Positions 45,841-55,627 of a DNA stretch of 64,000 nucleotides are shown here, in pieces. Position numbers and translations under genes: made by a program. The notes below the pieces were generated by a model. It was not told the origin of the DNA. It saw nothing but the letters and a program-made list of their open reading frames with translations, and did not search any database. The DNA lies in contig JAGGWW010000007.1 of NCBI GenBank assembly GCA_021163365.1, forward strand, positions 13,929 to 77,928, in the 5' to 3' direction. The stretch comes from Nanobdellota archaeon. GTDB lineage: Archaea; Nanobdellota; Nanobdellia; CSSed11-243R1. Each line of letters begins with the position of its first letter. Position 1 is the stretch's first letter.

Positions 45841-46134
45841 ATGGTAGAGGTAACAGAAGCCCTTTTGCTTCCATTAATGGCAATTGCTTGGTTAGTATTT
45901 GCCTGGCTATGGAAGGAAGGGGGCTTTAAAACAAAAAAAGGATTGAAGTTTGTAGCTATTGGAGCAGCATGGCTTTTGTTTTACAATGCATTTCAAATGT
46001 TTTCAATGGTATTAGCAGGACAAGGGTTTGAAGCAACAATTCTTGCAATAGGTAAATGGGTTGGCGGAACATTAGCATGGCTATTTGTGTTCATTGGAGC
46101 ATTGTTCTTAGTGATTGAGAACTTCAAGATGTAA
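45841..46134 (+). CDS. Small membrane protein (97 aa, 3 TM)
   Basis: Hydrophobic ORF. Confidence 0.4.
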   Translation: MVEVTEALLLPLMAIAWLVFAWLWKEGGFKTKKGLKFVAIGAAWLLFYNAFQMFSMVLAGQGFEATILAIGKWVGGTLAWLFVFIGALFLVIENFKM

Positions 46135-46136
46135 TT

Positions 46137-46877
46137 TTATTTTTTCATTTTTTCTTTTTCTGCAAGGTGTTTTATAAAAGGTATATATATTGGTGATACA
46201 GCAAAAAGGATAAGCATTACTATACCCATTATTATTGATATTTGTGGGTTTTCAAGCAATATGTATCCAACATAAGTATAGAATATTGTAACAGGAATAA
46301 GCCCAAAAAAAGTTCCAAGAACATAATCCTTAAATCTAACACTAGTTACACCAAATAAATAGCTCATTAAACCAAAGGATACAACTGGCACAGCTCTAAG
46401 TAAAAACGTTAAAATAAAACCTCTTTTTTCAAAGAAATAATCAAGCGACTCTAAACCTTCATGCTTTGTTATTTTTTCAACAAAGGGCCTTCCATATTTT
46501 CTTGCAATTAAGAAGCAAACAACTGCCCCAATCATACTACCCAATATTGTATATATTCCACCAACAAGAGGGCCAAATAAGATTGCACCAGCTATTGTAA
46601 AAACAAATCCAGGAATTGGAGCTATAACTGCTTGGGAAATTTGTAAAAGCACAAATACAAGAGGCGCGTAAATAGAGAATGAAGAAACAAATGCTCTTAC
46701 TTCATCAACATCAATAGTTGATAAAAAATCAAAAATATCTTTTGTTGTTGCACCAGACATTCTTATAAATACATATGCTACAAGGGACAAGATTATTATT
46801 AAAATAATTAAAGGGTATGTTTTAGCTAGTGCTTTTTTAATTTCATTCTTTGTGTCAAAACCCATTGTTATTTCCAT
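46137..46877 (-). CDS. DedA/TVP38/SNARE-associated family membrane protein
   Basis: …RAVPVVSFGLMSYLFGVTSVRFKDYVLGTFFGLIPVTIFYTYVGY… is typical of the DedA core. Confidence 0.7.
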   Translation of the reverse strand: MEITMGFDTKNEIKKALAKTYPLIILIIILSLVAYVFIRMSGATTKDIFDFLSTIDVDEVRAFVSSFSIYAPLVFVLLQISQAVIAPIPGFVFTIAGAILFGPLVGGIYTILGSMIGAVVCFLIARKYGRPFVEKITKHEGLESLDYFFEKRGFILTFLLRAVPVVSFGLMSYLFGVTSVRFKDYVLGTFFGLIPVTIFYTYVGYILLENPQISIIMGIVMLILFAVSPIYIPFIKHLAEKEKMKK

Positions 46878-46915
46878 GCGCTAAGTATTTATAATCTTTT
46901 ACGCTCAACTTAATC

Positions 46916-47458
46916 ATGGTGAAAAAAGACTTTTTTAAACAAGACACGATATGTATTGCTAAAAAACTTCTTGGAAAAGTTCTTGTTAAAGGAAAGTGTA
47001 AAGGCATAATTGTTGAAACTGAAGCGTATAAAGATGACCCAGCAAGCCATGCAAGGAAAAGAACTCCAAGAAGTGAAATAATGTTTAATTCCTATGGAAA
47101 GGTTTATGTTTACTTTGTTTATGGAAACCACTACTGCTTAAATTTTACATGCGAAGATGGAAAACCTGGTGCTGTTCTAATAAGAGCAGTTGAACCAATT
47201 GCAGGTATAGAACTAATGAAAAAAAGAAGAAAAGTTGATAATGTGAAAAATCTTTGCAATGGACCGGGAAAACTTTGTCAAGCTTTTAATATAACAAAAA
47301 AAGATAATGGCACTAATGTTGGAGATAAGATAAAAGTTGAAGATGGAATAAAACCAAAAGAAATTGTTGCAACCCCAAGAATTGGGATAAAACAAGGAAA
47401 AGAATTGCTTTGGCGCTTTATTATAAAAGGCAACGATTTTGTAAGCAAAAGAATTTAA
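46916..47458 (+). CDS. DNA-3-methyladenine glycosylase (AAG/MPG family)
   Basis: GIIVETEAYKDDPASHARKRTPRSEIMFNSYGKVYVYFVYGNHYCLN: the ETEAY…DPASHA signature of the Mpg family. Confidence 0.85.
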   Translation: MVKKDFFKQDTICIAKKLLGKVLVKGKCKGIIVETEAYKDDPASHARKRTPRSEIMFNSYGKVYVYFVYGNHYCLNFTCEDGKPGAVLIRAVEPIAGIELMKKRRKVDNVKNLCNGPGKLCQAFNITKKDNGTNVGDKIKVEDGIKPKEIVATPRIGIKQGKELLWRFIIKGNDFVSKRI

Positions 47459-47481
47459 GTAAGAAAAGATAAAAAATATCT

Positions 47482-48573
47482 ATGGGCAAGTTTGCAACAG
47501 CTGTTTCTATGATTGTTGGGACAGTCATAGGAGCGGGTGTTCTTGGAATACCTTATGCAATTTCAAAGTCAGGATTCATTCCTGGCATGATTACAATGGT
47601 GATTGTTGGAATCATGGTTACTATAATGACACTTTACATGGGTGAGGTTGTTTTAAGAACAAAAGGAGAAAAACAATTTACAGCACTTGCAAAAAAATAT
47701 TTGGGTGAAAAAGGAAAATGGCTTATGTTGTTGTTTATGATAATGGGTATATTTGGTGCTTTAATTGCGTATTTAGTTGGAATAGGAGAAACAATTGCTG
47801 ATTTAGTTGGAGGTAACAGTTTGCTCTTCTCTTTGATTTTTTTTGCTATTGCTGCTCCAATAACATTTAAAGGTTTAAAAGCAGTTTCAAAGGTTGAGCT
47901 AACTCTTGCTTCCTTGCTTGTTGCCATACTTTTCATAATCTGCTTGCACTTGCTTCCTCAAGTTAAGCTTTCAAATTTAACATATTTTAACTTAAAAAAC
48001 GCTTTTGTACCATATGGTGTTGTTTTATTTGCATGTCTTGGATATCAAGTAATACCAGAAGTTAAAAAAATTCTTACAAACAAAAAACAAATGTCAAAAG
48101 TAATAATCATAGCATTAAGTTTGTGCCTTGGGTTATATGCTTTTTTTGCATTTTCATTTGTTGGAACATATAACCAAGAAGTAAGAGAAATAGCAATTGA
48201 ATCACTTAGTGGAGTTTTCCATGTTTTGGGAACAATTGTTGCAGTTCTTGCAATGTCAACTGGTTTTCTGGCTTTAAGCATTGTACTAAAAGATGTTTTA
48301 CATTGGGATTTTGGTTTAAATGAAAAGGTTGCATGGGCGATTGTTTCTTTTTTACCACTTCTAGTAGTTTTAGTAGCAAAACCTGGATTTGTAACCTCCC
48401 TTGCTTTAACTGGAACATACGCTGGAGGATTAACTGGAATTTTAAGTGTGTTAATTGTAAAGGAAGCAAGAAAGAAAGGTGAAAGAAAGCCAGAATTTGT
48501 TGTTCCAGGAGGAAACTTACTTATCTATATCTTAATTGTTTTCTTTGTGCTTGGTATGATACTGCAATTTTAA
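47482..48573 (+). CDS. Amino-acid permease (aromatic/hydroxy amino-acid permease-like, about 11 TM)
   Basis: Polytopic. N-terminal VGTVIGAGVLGIPYAISKSGF is typical of the Trp/Tyr/Ser permease (HAAAP) family. Confidence 0.65.
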   Translation: MGKFATAVSMIVGTVIGAGVLGIPYAISKSGFIPGMITMVIVGIMVTIMTLYMGEVVLRTKGEKQFTALAKKYLGEKGKWLMLLFMIMGIFGALIAYLVGIGETIADLVGGNSLLFSLIFFAIAAPITFKGLKAVSKVELTLASLLVAILFIICLHLLPQVKLSNLTYFNLKNAFVPYGVVLFACLGYQVIPEVKKILTNKKQMSKVIIIALSLCLGLYAFFAFSFVGTYNQEVREIAIESLSGVFHVLGTIVAVLAMSTGFLALSIVLKDVLHWDFGLNEKVAWAIVSFLPLLVVLVAKPGFVTSLALTGTYAGGLTGILSVLIVKEARKKGERKPEFVVPGGNLLIYILIVFFVLGMILQF

Positions 48574-49048
48574 TACTATTCATAATATCTTTGTTTTCTT
48601 CTTCTTTTTTACCTGCAACATCTAAAAAAGGATGTTTGTCAAAATGAAGTCTAACAATGGTTTCTGCGCGCTCCATAACAGCGCTTAGCCGCATAAATTT
48701 ATCTAATTCATTCATTTCATTTAAAGAAAGTTTTTTATTTCTTTTTCTTGTTAATCTATCTACAAATTTTCTGCAAAGCTGCATATATTCATCAATATTT
48801 TTCATTGCAAGATTAACAATGCTGAACTGTTCGTCTTCTATTTTATCAATTAATGAAATTGCTTCTTCATAATTTAACTCCTCTTCTCCGCCCAGCATGT
48901 AATAAATGACATAGGCATGAAAAAAGTGAGCTCGCGCAATTCCAAAGTAATATTCTCTTTTTCTTGTTTGTTTAATTTTTTCCAAATAAGCTTTTACATT
49001 TTCTTTTGTTGGATTATCAAGTATTTCGCAAATTGTTTCTAATTCCAT
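48521..49048 (-). CDS. Hypothetical protein (about 176 aa from internal start MELETICEILDNP)
   Basis: The track ORF extends to 49342 and overlaps the next plus-strand gene, so the internal Met at 49046-49048 is the more plausible start. The C-terminal 53 nt overlap the convergent permease gene. Confidence 0.4.
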   Translation of the reverse strand: MELETICEILDNPTKENVKAYLEKIKQTRKREYYFGIARAHFFHAYVIYYMLGGEEELNYEEAISLIDKIEDEQFSIVNLAMKNIDEYMQLCRKFVDRLTRKRNKKLSLNEMNELDKFMRLSAVMERAETIVRLHFDKHPFLDVAGKKEEENKDIMNSIKIAVSYQAQRKQLRYR

Positions 49049-49151
49049 ATTTTTTCCTTTACAATTTAGATTTATAAAAGTTACTTTGTGGTGGTGAAAA
49101 ATTACTAAGCTTTTATAAAATATTAAAAAAGATAAAAGGCATGCAATAAGC

Positions 49152-51035
49152 ATGGCTCTTAAAAGAAAATTGACATTTGGCATATTGCTTTTTTTAACAA
49201 TAAACGCATTAATAGGAACAGGTATATTCTTTACACCAGGAATAGCAGCTTCTATTGCTGGTGTTAATTCAATTTTTTCATGGATTCTTGCTATAATTGT
49301 TTCAATTTTAATTGCACTTGTTTTTGCAGAACTTTCAAGCATATATCCAAAAGCAGGTGGTGTTTACGAATATTCAAAAAGAGCATTTGGAAATGAAGTT
49401 GGATTCTTTGTTGGTTGGATTTCTTGGGTAGTCTCAAACATAGTTATTGCAATGCTTGTTGTTGGAAGCCTTGATTATTTAAAGATATTGTTTCCGATTT
49501 CAGATACAATAAAACTTGTTTCTGCAATAAGCTTTGTTGTTTTCTTTAATTACGTAAGCTTTAGGGGGATAGAAATAAGCGGAAAAATCCTTCTTGCATT
49601 TTCCTTAATAACATTGTCTGTTCTTTGCTTAATTGGTTTTTCAGGAAGCACAGCAATTAACTTAAAAAACTTTAGTGATATAAGTTTAACGAAATCTACG
49701 GTTTTTCCAATTGTTATTGCAATGTTTTATGCAATTGAAACATTTTTTGGATGGGAGTCTATTTCTTTTCTTTCTGAAGAAACAAAGAACCCAAAGAAGA
49801 ACATACCAAAAGCATTGTTTATAGGAACTTTAGTAATTTCTGCGCTTGTCATGTTTGTAATTTTTGTCTCATTAGCATCTGTTCCAGCAAAAGAGCTTGG
49901 CTCATCTAGTTATCCATTACTGCTTGTTGCATCAAAGTTTTTCTCAGAAAAAGTTGTTAGATTAATATCAATACTTGTTGTTTTAACAATAATGGGTGGT
50001 GCTGCCTCATGGATTATAACAACACCAAGACTTATTTATGCAATGTCAAGAGATAGGGTTCTTCCAGAAAGCTTTAGCAAGGTTCATAAAAAATACAATA
50101 CTCCTTACACAGCTATAATCCTGCAAGCTTGCATAACTGTTCTTGTAATTGCTTCTGGTTCATATAAGTTTTTACTTGATGTTGCATTACCTTTAGCAAT
50201 TGTTATGTATTCAATTGTTATATTAAGTGTTGTAAAATTAAGAATAGAAAAACCAAAACTTAAGAGAACATTTAAGGTTCCTTTTGGAAAAATTTTGCCA
50301 ATTTTATTAGTTGCTTTGTTGATGGGTGCTTTAATTATTTCTTCAACCCTTCATAGCATTATATTAGGATTTATTCTTGTTTTGCTTGGAATACCCTTAT
50401 ATATTATTGCAAGCTTAGGTTATCATGAAAAGATAATAAAATATTTCTCTGACATTTTTGCAGAAATACATTATTGGGCAAACAGATTCATGATTGAAAA
50501 GGACATAGTGGAGCACATACTTAATTATTTAAGTGATGTAACAGTTGAGCGTGTTCTTGACTTAGGATGTGGTGTTGGCGTAGTAACTAACAGGATTGCA
50601 AGAGAGGTTATTCCACCAAATGGAAAAGTTTATGGTGTTGACTTCTCAAAAAGAGCATTAAGAATTGCTAAGAAAATTGCAGAATCAAGGGATATAAAAA
50701 ATGTTGAGTTTATTCATGAAAACTTTTACAATTTAAGTAAAAACAAAAAAGTGAATAAAAAGCTTAGAAAATTAGATGCTGTTGTTGGTGTCGGAGTTCT
50801 TGGATACATTGATAGACTTGAATTCATCCTTAAAGAGATTAGAAAAAGACTAAGAAAAGGTGGAAAGATTTATTTTGTTGATTATGACTATCCTGGACAT
50901 TTTCTTGACAAGCCACTTATCGAAGATAATAGAAAAATTCATGATTTATTTGAAAAATTTGGATTTAAAATAAGGGTTTGGAGACAAAAGAAATTGTTCT
51001 GGACTTATGTTCATATCTACGGGGAAAAGATTTAA
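49152..51035 (+). CDS. APC-family amino-acid/polyamine transporter fused to a C-terminal class-I SAM-dependent methyltransferase domain
   Basis: Residues 1-about 430: APC permease (…FAELSSIYPKAGGVYEYSKRAFG…, 12 TM). Residues about 450-627: VLDLGCGVGVVTNRIA (motif I), GVDFSKRAL (post-I), LDAVVGVGVL (motif II). Confidence 0.7.
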   Translation: MALKRKLTFGILLFLTINALIGTGIFFTPGIAASIAGVNSIFSWILAIIVSILIALVFAELSSIYPKAGGVYEYSKRAFGNEVGFFVGWISWVVSNIVIAMLVVGSLDYLKILFPISDTIKLVSAISFVVFFNYVSFRGIEISGKILLAFSLITLSVLCLIGFSGSTAINLKNFSDISLTKSTVFPIVIAMFYAIETFFGWESISFLSEETKNPKKNIPKALFIGTLVISALVMFVIFVSLASVPAKELGSSSYPLLLVASKFFSEKVVRLISILVVLTIMGGAASWIITTPRLIYAMSRDRVLPESFSKVHKKYNTPYTAIILQACITVLVIASGSYKFLLDVALPLAIVMYSIVILSVVKLRIEKPKLKRTFKVPFGKILPILLVALLMGALIISSTLHSIILGFILVLLGIPLYIIASLGYHEKIIKYFSDIFAEIHYWANRFMIEKDIVEHILNYLSDVTVERVLDLGCGVGVVTNRIAREVIPPNGKVYGVDFSKRALRIAKKIAESRDIKNVEFIHENFYNLSKNKKVNKKLRKLDAVVGVGVLGYIDRLEFILKEIRKRLRKGGKIYFVDYDYPGHFLDKPLIEDNRKIHDLFEKFGFKIRVWRQKKLFWTYVHIYGEKI

Positions 51036-51062
51036 ATATTAAAAAGTCATCACTTCTTAATA

Positions 51063-51431
51063 ATGAATGAAACAGAAGTTAAAAAGATTACAGTAAGATT
51101 AGAAGGTGAGCCACTAAAAGCATTAGAGGATTTGCTTCGCATGAAAGACCCATTAATTGGAAAAAACCCAAGCGAAATTGTAAGAAATGCCTTAATTTTC
51201 TTTAGAAGAGTTCCATATACACCAGATCTGATCTTGCTTGCTGAAAAAGGACTTTATGTTAAAACACATGATAGTGTAACAAATGTTAACATACCAAGGG
51301 TTGTTATGGAAAGAGCAATATATGATGTTGCACATGGAAGATTTACTCGCGTTGATGAAGCAATAAAATATTACTTAATAAAAGGCTCTGAGAAAGACTA
51401 TGCACAAACAAGATTAGACGATTATTCGTAA
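51063..51431 (+). CDS. Hypothetical protein (122 aa)
   Basis: ORF only. Confidence 0.4.
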   Translation: MNETEVKKITVRLEGEPLKALEDLLRMKDPLIGKNPSEIVRNALIFFRRVPYTPDLILLAEKGLYVKTHDSVTNVNIPRVVMERAIYDVAHGRFTRVDEAIKYYLIKGSEKDYAQTRLDDYS

Positions 51432-53191
51432 TAAAACTCTCCTTTTTCTTTTTGCTCTCTGTCTTTTACAGAACCCAATTTGTTTATCCTTGGCCTATTT
51501 GTTTGTCCGTCTCTTCTCATTGTTATGTTAACTTCTTTTAAAAATAAGTTCATTCCTTGTCTCATGCTAAGGGGCCCAACTGTTTCTCCTTTTACTGAGG
51601 GCTTTCCTTTAAAAACTAAAAGTCTTTCTGATAAATAATCTAAGAAAAGCAAATCATGGTCAATTATTAAAGCAGATGCATTTCTTTTTTTAATTAATTC
51701 TCTAATTGCTTTTGCAACTAAAAGCCTTTGTTCTACATCTAAATATGCAGAAGGCTCATCTAATAAGTACAGATTAGCATCTTGTGAAAGGCAAACAGCT
51801 ATGGCAACTCTTTGAAGCTCACCACCACTTAAAGAATTAACTTTGTGATTAAGCAAATAATCAATTTGAAGGGGTTTTATTATTTGAAGCCTGTAACTGT
51901 CAGAACCAAACTCCTTTGTAACATTTGATAAAACTTCTGCAACTGTTTGCGATGTTTCAGCTTTTATATACTGTGGTTTATATGAGATTTTTATTTTTTT
52001 GTCAATCTCTCCTGAGTCTGGTTTTATTTCTCCTGCTAAAATCTTTGCAAATGTTGTTTTACCTGTTCCATTTTCTCCAAGACAGCCAACAACCTCATTC
52101 ACATAGATTTCTCCTGGAGAAACAGCTAATTCAAAATCACCAAGTTTTTTCTTTATCTCACCCCACTTTGTTAAAACAATGACATTTTTTGATTCAAGGG
52201 GTGGTTTTACTTCAAATCTTATTGGGTATTCTCTAAATCTTACATTTTCATCTTTCAAATAACCAGATAAATAAGTGTTTATTCCATTCTTAGAAGACAT
52301 TGGATGTGAGACAACACCATAAACACCTCTTTTTCCATACATTATGTGGATTAAATCAGAGATGTAATCAAGAACAATTAAGTCGTGTTCTATTACGTTT
52401 ACGCTTGTTTGTTCATTTGCAAGTTCGTAGATAAGCTTTGCTATGTTTAACCTTTGCTTTATGTCAAGATAAGATGACGGCTCATCAAAAAACATAACAT
52501 TTGCTCCTTTTAGGATTGTTGCTGCAATTGCAACTCTTTGAAGCTCACCACCAGAAATGTTTTTTATGTCTCTATTAAGAATCTCATAAATTCCAAGTTT
52601 TTTTGTTACCTCTTCTATTTTTCCAAGCTTATCAACTTTTTTAAGCAAATCCATAACTTTGCCATCAAACTCTTTTGGAATTGCATCAACATATTGCGGT
52701 TTATAAGCAAGCTTTATTTGTTTTTTAAAGAGTTTTTCAAAATATGCTTGTGCTTCTGTTCCTTTAAAGAAGTCAATTATTTCTTTTTCTTCCGGCTTTT
52801 CTCCAACTCTTCCAAGGTTTGGATAGATTAATCCTGCAAGGATTGAGATTGCAGTTGTTTTTCCAATCCCATTTGGACCTAAGACACCAACAACTTTTCC
52901 AAAATGTGGAACAATTGTTCTAAAAAGTTTAAATCCGTTTTTAGAATAGCGATGAAGCGCTTGGGTTTTTAACTCTTCTGGAAGATTTAAAATGTGAATG
53001 CATTTTGTTGGACATTTTTTAACACAAATTCCACAACCTATGCAAAGCTCTTCATTTATTACTGGCTTTCCATCTTCACCAATTACAATGCATTCCTTCC
53101 CAGCTCTATTTATTGGGCATGCTTTTTGACAAATGTAATTGCATTCTTTTGGAGCTATGCAGTCTTCTTTTTTTATAACTGCAATTCTCAT
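51422..53191 (-). CDS. abcE1: ABCE1 (RNase L inhibitor/ribosome recycling factor): Fe-S domain plus twin ABC cassettes
   Basis: N-terminal CIAPKECNYICQKACP…CIGCGICVKKCP (two [4Fe-4S] ferredoxin motifs). Two ABC domains (GPNGIGKTT / GENGTGKTT; LSGGELQRVAIA twice). Start placed at MRIAVIKKE (53189-53191). Confidence 0.9.
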   Translation of the reverse strand: MRIAVIKKEDCIAPKECNYICQKACPINRAGKECIVIGEDGKPVINEELCIGCGICVKKCPTKCIHILNLPEELKTQALHRYSKNGFKLFRTIVPHFGKVVGVLGPNGIGKTTAISILAGLIYPNLGRVGEKPEEKEIIDFFKGTEAQAYFEKLFKKQIKLAYKPQYVDAIPKEFDGKVMDLLKKVDKLGKIEEVTKKLGIYEILNRDIKNISGGELQRVAIAATILKGANVMFFDEPSSYLDIKQRLNIAKLIYELANEQTSVNVIEHDLIVLDYISDLIHIMYGKRGVYGVVSHPMSSKNGINTYLSGYLKDENVRFREYPIRFEVKPPLESKNVIVLTKWGEIKKKLGDFELAVSPGEIYVNEVVGCLGENGTGKTTFAKILAGEIKPDSGEIDKKIKISYKPQYIKAETSQTVAEVLSNVTKEFGSDSYRLQIIKPLQIDYLLNHKVNSLSGGELQRVAIAVCLSQDANLYLLDEPSAYLDVEQRLLVAKAIRELIKKRNASALIIDHDLLFLDYLSERLLVFKGKPSVKGETVGPLSMRQGMNLFLKEVNITMRRDGQTNRPRINKLGSVKDREQKEKGEFYYE

Positions 53192-53264
53192 AGAAATGTG
53201 AAAAATGGTGTGTTTTTTAAAAGTTACCAAAAATGATTAAAAAACAAATTGTTTTCATAAAAAC

Positions 53265-54443
53265 ATGCTTATAGGTGTTGTTGGAAAAGCAAATGTTGGA
53301 AAATCAACTTTTTTTAAAGCAGCAACATTAGCTCCAGCAGAAATAGGACCTTATCCATTTGTAACAATAAAACCAAATAGGGCGGTTGCATATGTTAAAG
53401 TTAAATGTCCTTGCAAGGAGTTTAATTTAAAATGCAATCCAAGAAATTCCCCTTGTATTGATGGGTATCGTTTTGTTCCTTTTGAACTTTTAGATGTTGC
53501 TGGTTTAATTCCTGGTGCTCATGAGGGGCTTGGTTTAGGTAATCAATTCTTAGATGATTTAAGACAAGCAGACGCACTAATTCATGTTTTAGATGCTGCT
53601 GGAGCAACTGACGAAAAGGGGAATCCTGTTGCTCCAGGAACAAGGGACCCAAAGGAAGATGTTTTGTTTTTAAAAGAAGAATTTGACTTTTGGCTTCAAA
53701 ATATTTTAATAAAGAACTTTAGAACAAAGCACAATCAACCAATTAGTTTAAATGATGTAGCAGAAAAACTTTCTGGATTAAAAATAAAAAAAGAACACAT
53801 AGTACAAGCTGAAAAGGAAACAGGATTAAATTTAAAGGATATAAGAAATTGGACAGACGACCAATTCCTTGAGTTTGCAATTGCACTAAGAGTTAAATCA
53901 AAACCAATGGTTATTGCTGCAAATAAATGCGACATTCAGATTGCGCGAGAAAATGTTTTTAGATTAAGAAAAGAATTTCCAACAGAGATAATTATTCCAA
54001 CTTGCTCTGAGTGTGAATTGGTTTTAAGAGAAGCAGCTGAAAAAAAATTAATTAAATATATCCCGGGTGATTCGCATTTTGAAATTATTGGAAACTTAAA
54101 TGAAAAACAAAAGCAAGCACTTGATTTTGTTCAAAAGACTTTAAAGATTTTAGGGAACACAGGTGTTCAACAAGTTTTAAATGAAGTTGTTTTAAGACTC
54201 CTTAATTACATTGTTGTTTATCCTGTTGAAGATGAAAATAAGCTTACAGATGGTGAAGGAAATGTTCTTCCAGATGCTTTCTTATTACCAAGTGGCTCAA
54301 CAGCTCTTGATTTAGCATACAAGATTCACACAGATATAGGTGAAAATTTTATTGGCGCAATTGATTGCAGAACAAAAAGAAAAATCGGAAAAGAAACAAA
54401 GCTAAAGAATGGAGATATAATTAAGATTCTTGTAAGAAGATAA
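53265..54443 (+). CDS. Obg-family (YchF/DRG-like) GTPase with a C-terminal TGS domain
   Basis: G1 GVVGKANVGKST, G3 DVAGL, and a C-terminal ALDLAYKIHTDIGENFIGAIDCRTKRKIGKETKLKNGDIIKI (TGS). Confidence 0.8.
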   Translation: MLIGVVGKANVGKSTFFKAATLAPAEIGPYPFVTIKPNRAVAYVKVKCPCKEFNLKCNPRNSPCIDGYRFVPFELLDVAGLIPGAHEGLGLGNQFLDDLRQADALIHVLDAAGATDEKGNPVAPGTRDPKEDVLFLKEEFDFWLQNILIKNFRTKHNQPISLNDVAEKLSGLKIKKEHIVQAEKETGLNLKDIRNWTDDQFLEFAIALRVKSKPMVIAANKCDIQIARENVFRLRKEFPTEIIIPTCSECELVLREAAEKKLIKYIPGDSHFEIIGNLNEKQKQALDFVQKTLKILGNTGVQQVLNEVVLRLLNYIVVYPVEDENKLTDGEGNVLPDAFLLPSGSTALDLAYKIHTDIGENFIGAIDCRTKRKIGKETKLKNGDIIKILVRR

Positions 54444-54509
54444 CCAAACTTATTTCGACTTAACTATCAAAACGAAAATTATTTAAATAATCGTTACAAT
54501 TATAACAAT

Positions 54510-55070
54510 ATGGTTAAAAATATATCAATGTGGTTAGTTTTAGAACCATTACTTTATTCTAAGGAGTTTATGCATCTAGCAGACATCTCGCGTAAGTTAA
54601 AGAAGCCACATGCCACAGTTAGAAAATATTTAAATTATTTTGAAAAACAGGGGTTAATAATAAAAGACAAAAAAGGAAGACTTACTTTATACAAACTTAA
54701 TTATAAAAATCCATTGGTAATCGATTATTTAAGTATTGTTGAAAAGGAAAGAGTAATCGAAAAATGCAAAAGAGACTTAGCTATGAAAGAAATAGTGCAT
54801 TTTCTACATAAATTTAAAAATGAAATTTTAATATTCGGGTCAGCTGTTGATGGAACAAAAAAAGCAAATGATATTGATGTACTTTTCCTTGGAAGAATTA
54901 GAGATATTTCATATATGAAAAAATTTGAAAAAAGACTTGGAGTAAAGTTTCACATAATAAACTTAAAGCAACTAAAGGACGTAACTCCAAGTTTGAAAAA
55001 TGACGTAACTCAAAAACATTTGATAGTGCAAGGAGTTGAAAAGTGGGTAAAATGGATGTTAAAAGATTAA
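54510..55070 (+). CDS. Winged-HTH plus minimal nucleotidyltransferase domain protein
   Basis: N-terminal wHTH (…ADISRKLKKPHATVRKYLNYFEKQGLI…). C-terminal ILIFGSAVDGTKKANDIDVLFLG (GS…DxD). Confidence 0.6.
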   Translation: MVKNISMWLVLEPLLYSKEFMHLADISRKLKKPHATVRKYLNYFEKQGLIIKDKKGRLTLYKLNYKNPLVIDYLSIVEKERVIEKCKRDLAMKEIVHFLHKFKNEILIFGSAVDGTKKANDIDVLFLGRIRDISYMKKFEKRLGVKFHIINLKQLKDVTPSLKNDVTQKHLIVQGVEKWVKWMLKD

Positions 55071-55081
55071 AATTTAACTAA

Positions 55082-55627
55082 TTGATTAAAATGTTAAACA
55101 CCACAACCATACTTGAAGCACCAAAAGAAATTTTTTCTAAATTTATTAAGCTTCCAGAAATTGGCCCGTTCTTACCAAGCAATTATGCAATTGTGTTTTT
55201 TGCGCTTTTTGTTCTAACACTTTTACTAGCAAGATTTCTTAAACTTAAAGGATTGATAATGTTAATATTAATCACATCAATTACTGGCTTGCTTTTTGGT
55301 GGCACATATGTTGCTGCTATGAGTTTTGCTATCTTGCTTCCCCTTTGTTTTATTTTGAAGCTTAAAAAAGGCGAAGGAAAATTTGGAAAAATTGGGAAAG
55401 GAGAGAAATTTGATTTTAAGGAAGAAGGAGAACTTAAGATGCCTGAAATGAAAGAACCAGAGATAAAAGAACCAGAACTTGGAGAAGAATTTAAAATGCC
55501 AGAAGAAAAAATGCCGCAAACACCAACACAACCCCAACAAAAACTTTGCCCTTATTGTGGAAGCCCTTTAACATACATCCCCCAATACCAAAGGTATTAT
55601 TGCTATAAGTGTAGGAGGTATATTTAA
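55082..55627 (+). CDS. Membrane protein with an internal (M/E)-P-E repeat region and a C-terminal zinc ribbon
   Basis: Two TM helices. Repeats PEMKEPEIKEPELGEEFKMPEEKMPQ. C-terminal CPYCGSPLTYIPQYQRYYCYKC. Confidence 0.45.
   Translation: MIKMLNTTTILEAPKEIFSKFIKLPEIGPFLPSNYAIVFFALFVLTLLLARFLKLKGLIMLILITSITGLLFGGTYVAAMSFAILLPLCFILKLKKGEGKFGKIGKGEKFDFKEEGELKMPEMKEPEIKEPELGEEFKMPEEKMPQTPTQPQQKLCPYCGSPLTYIPQYQRYYCYKCRRYI

Noticed and set aside
53189-53230. N-terminal extensions predicted by the ORF track for ABCE1 (53192-53230), Udk (63445-63591), the SIMPL protein (4715-4855), the DUF429-like gene and 48521..49342
   Set aside because: Each extension lacks similarity to its family's N-terminus and overlaps a neighbouring gene or promoter region. 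Internal Met codons that restore canonical N-termini (MRIAVIKKE, MKKFLMGIAGG, the signal peptide MSNQK…, MRVIGVDLA, MELETICE) were used instead.
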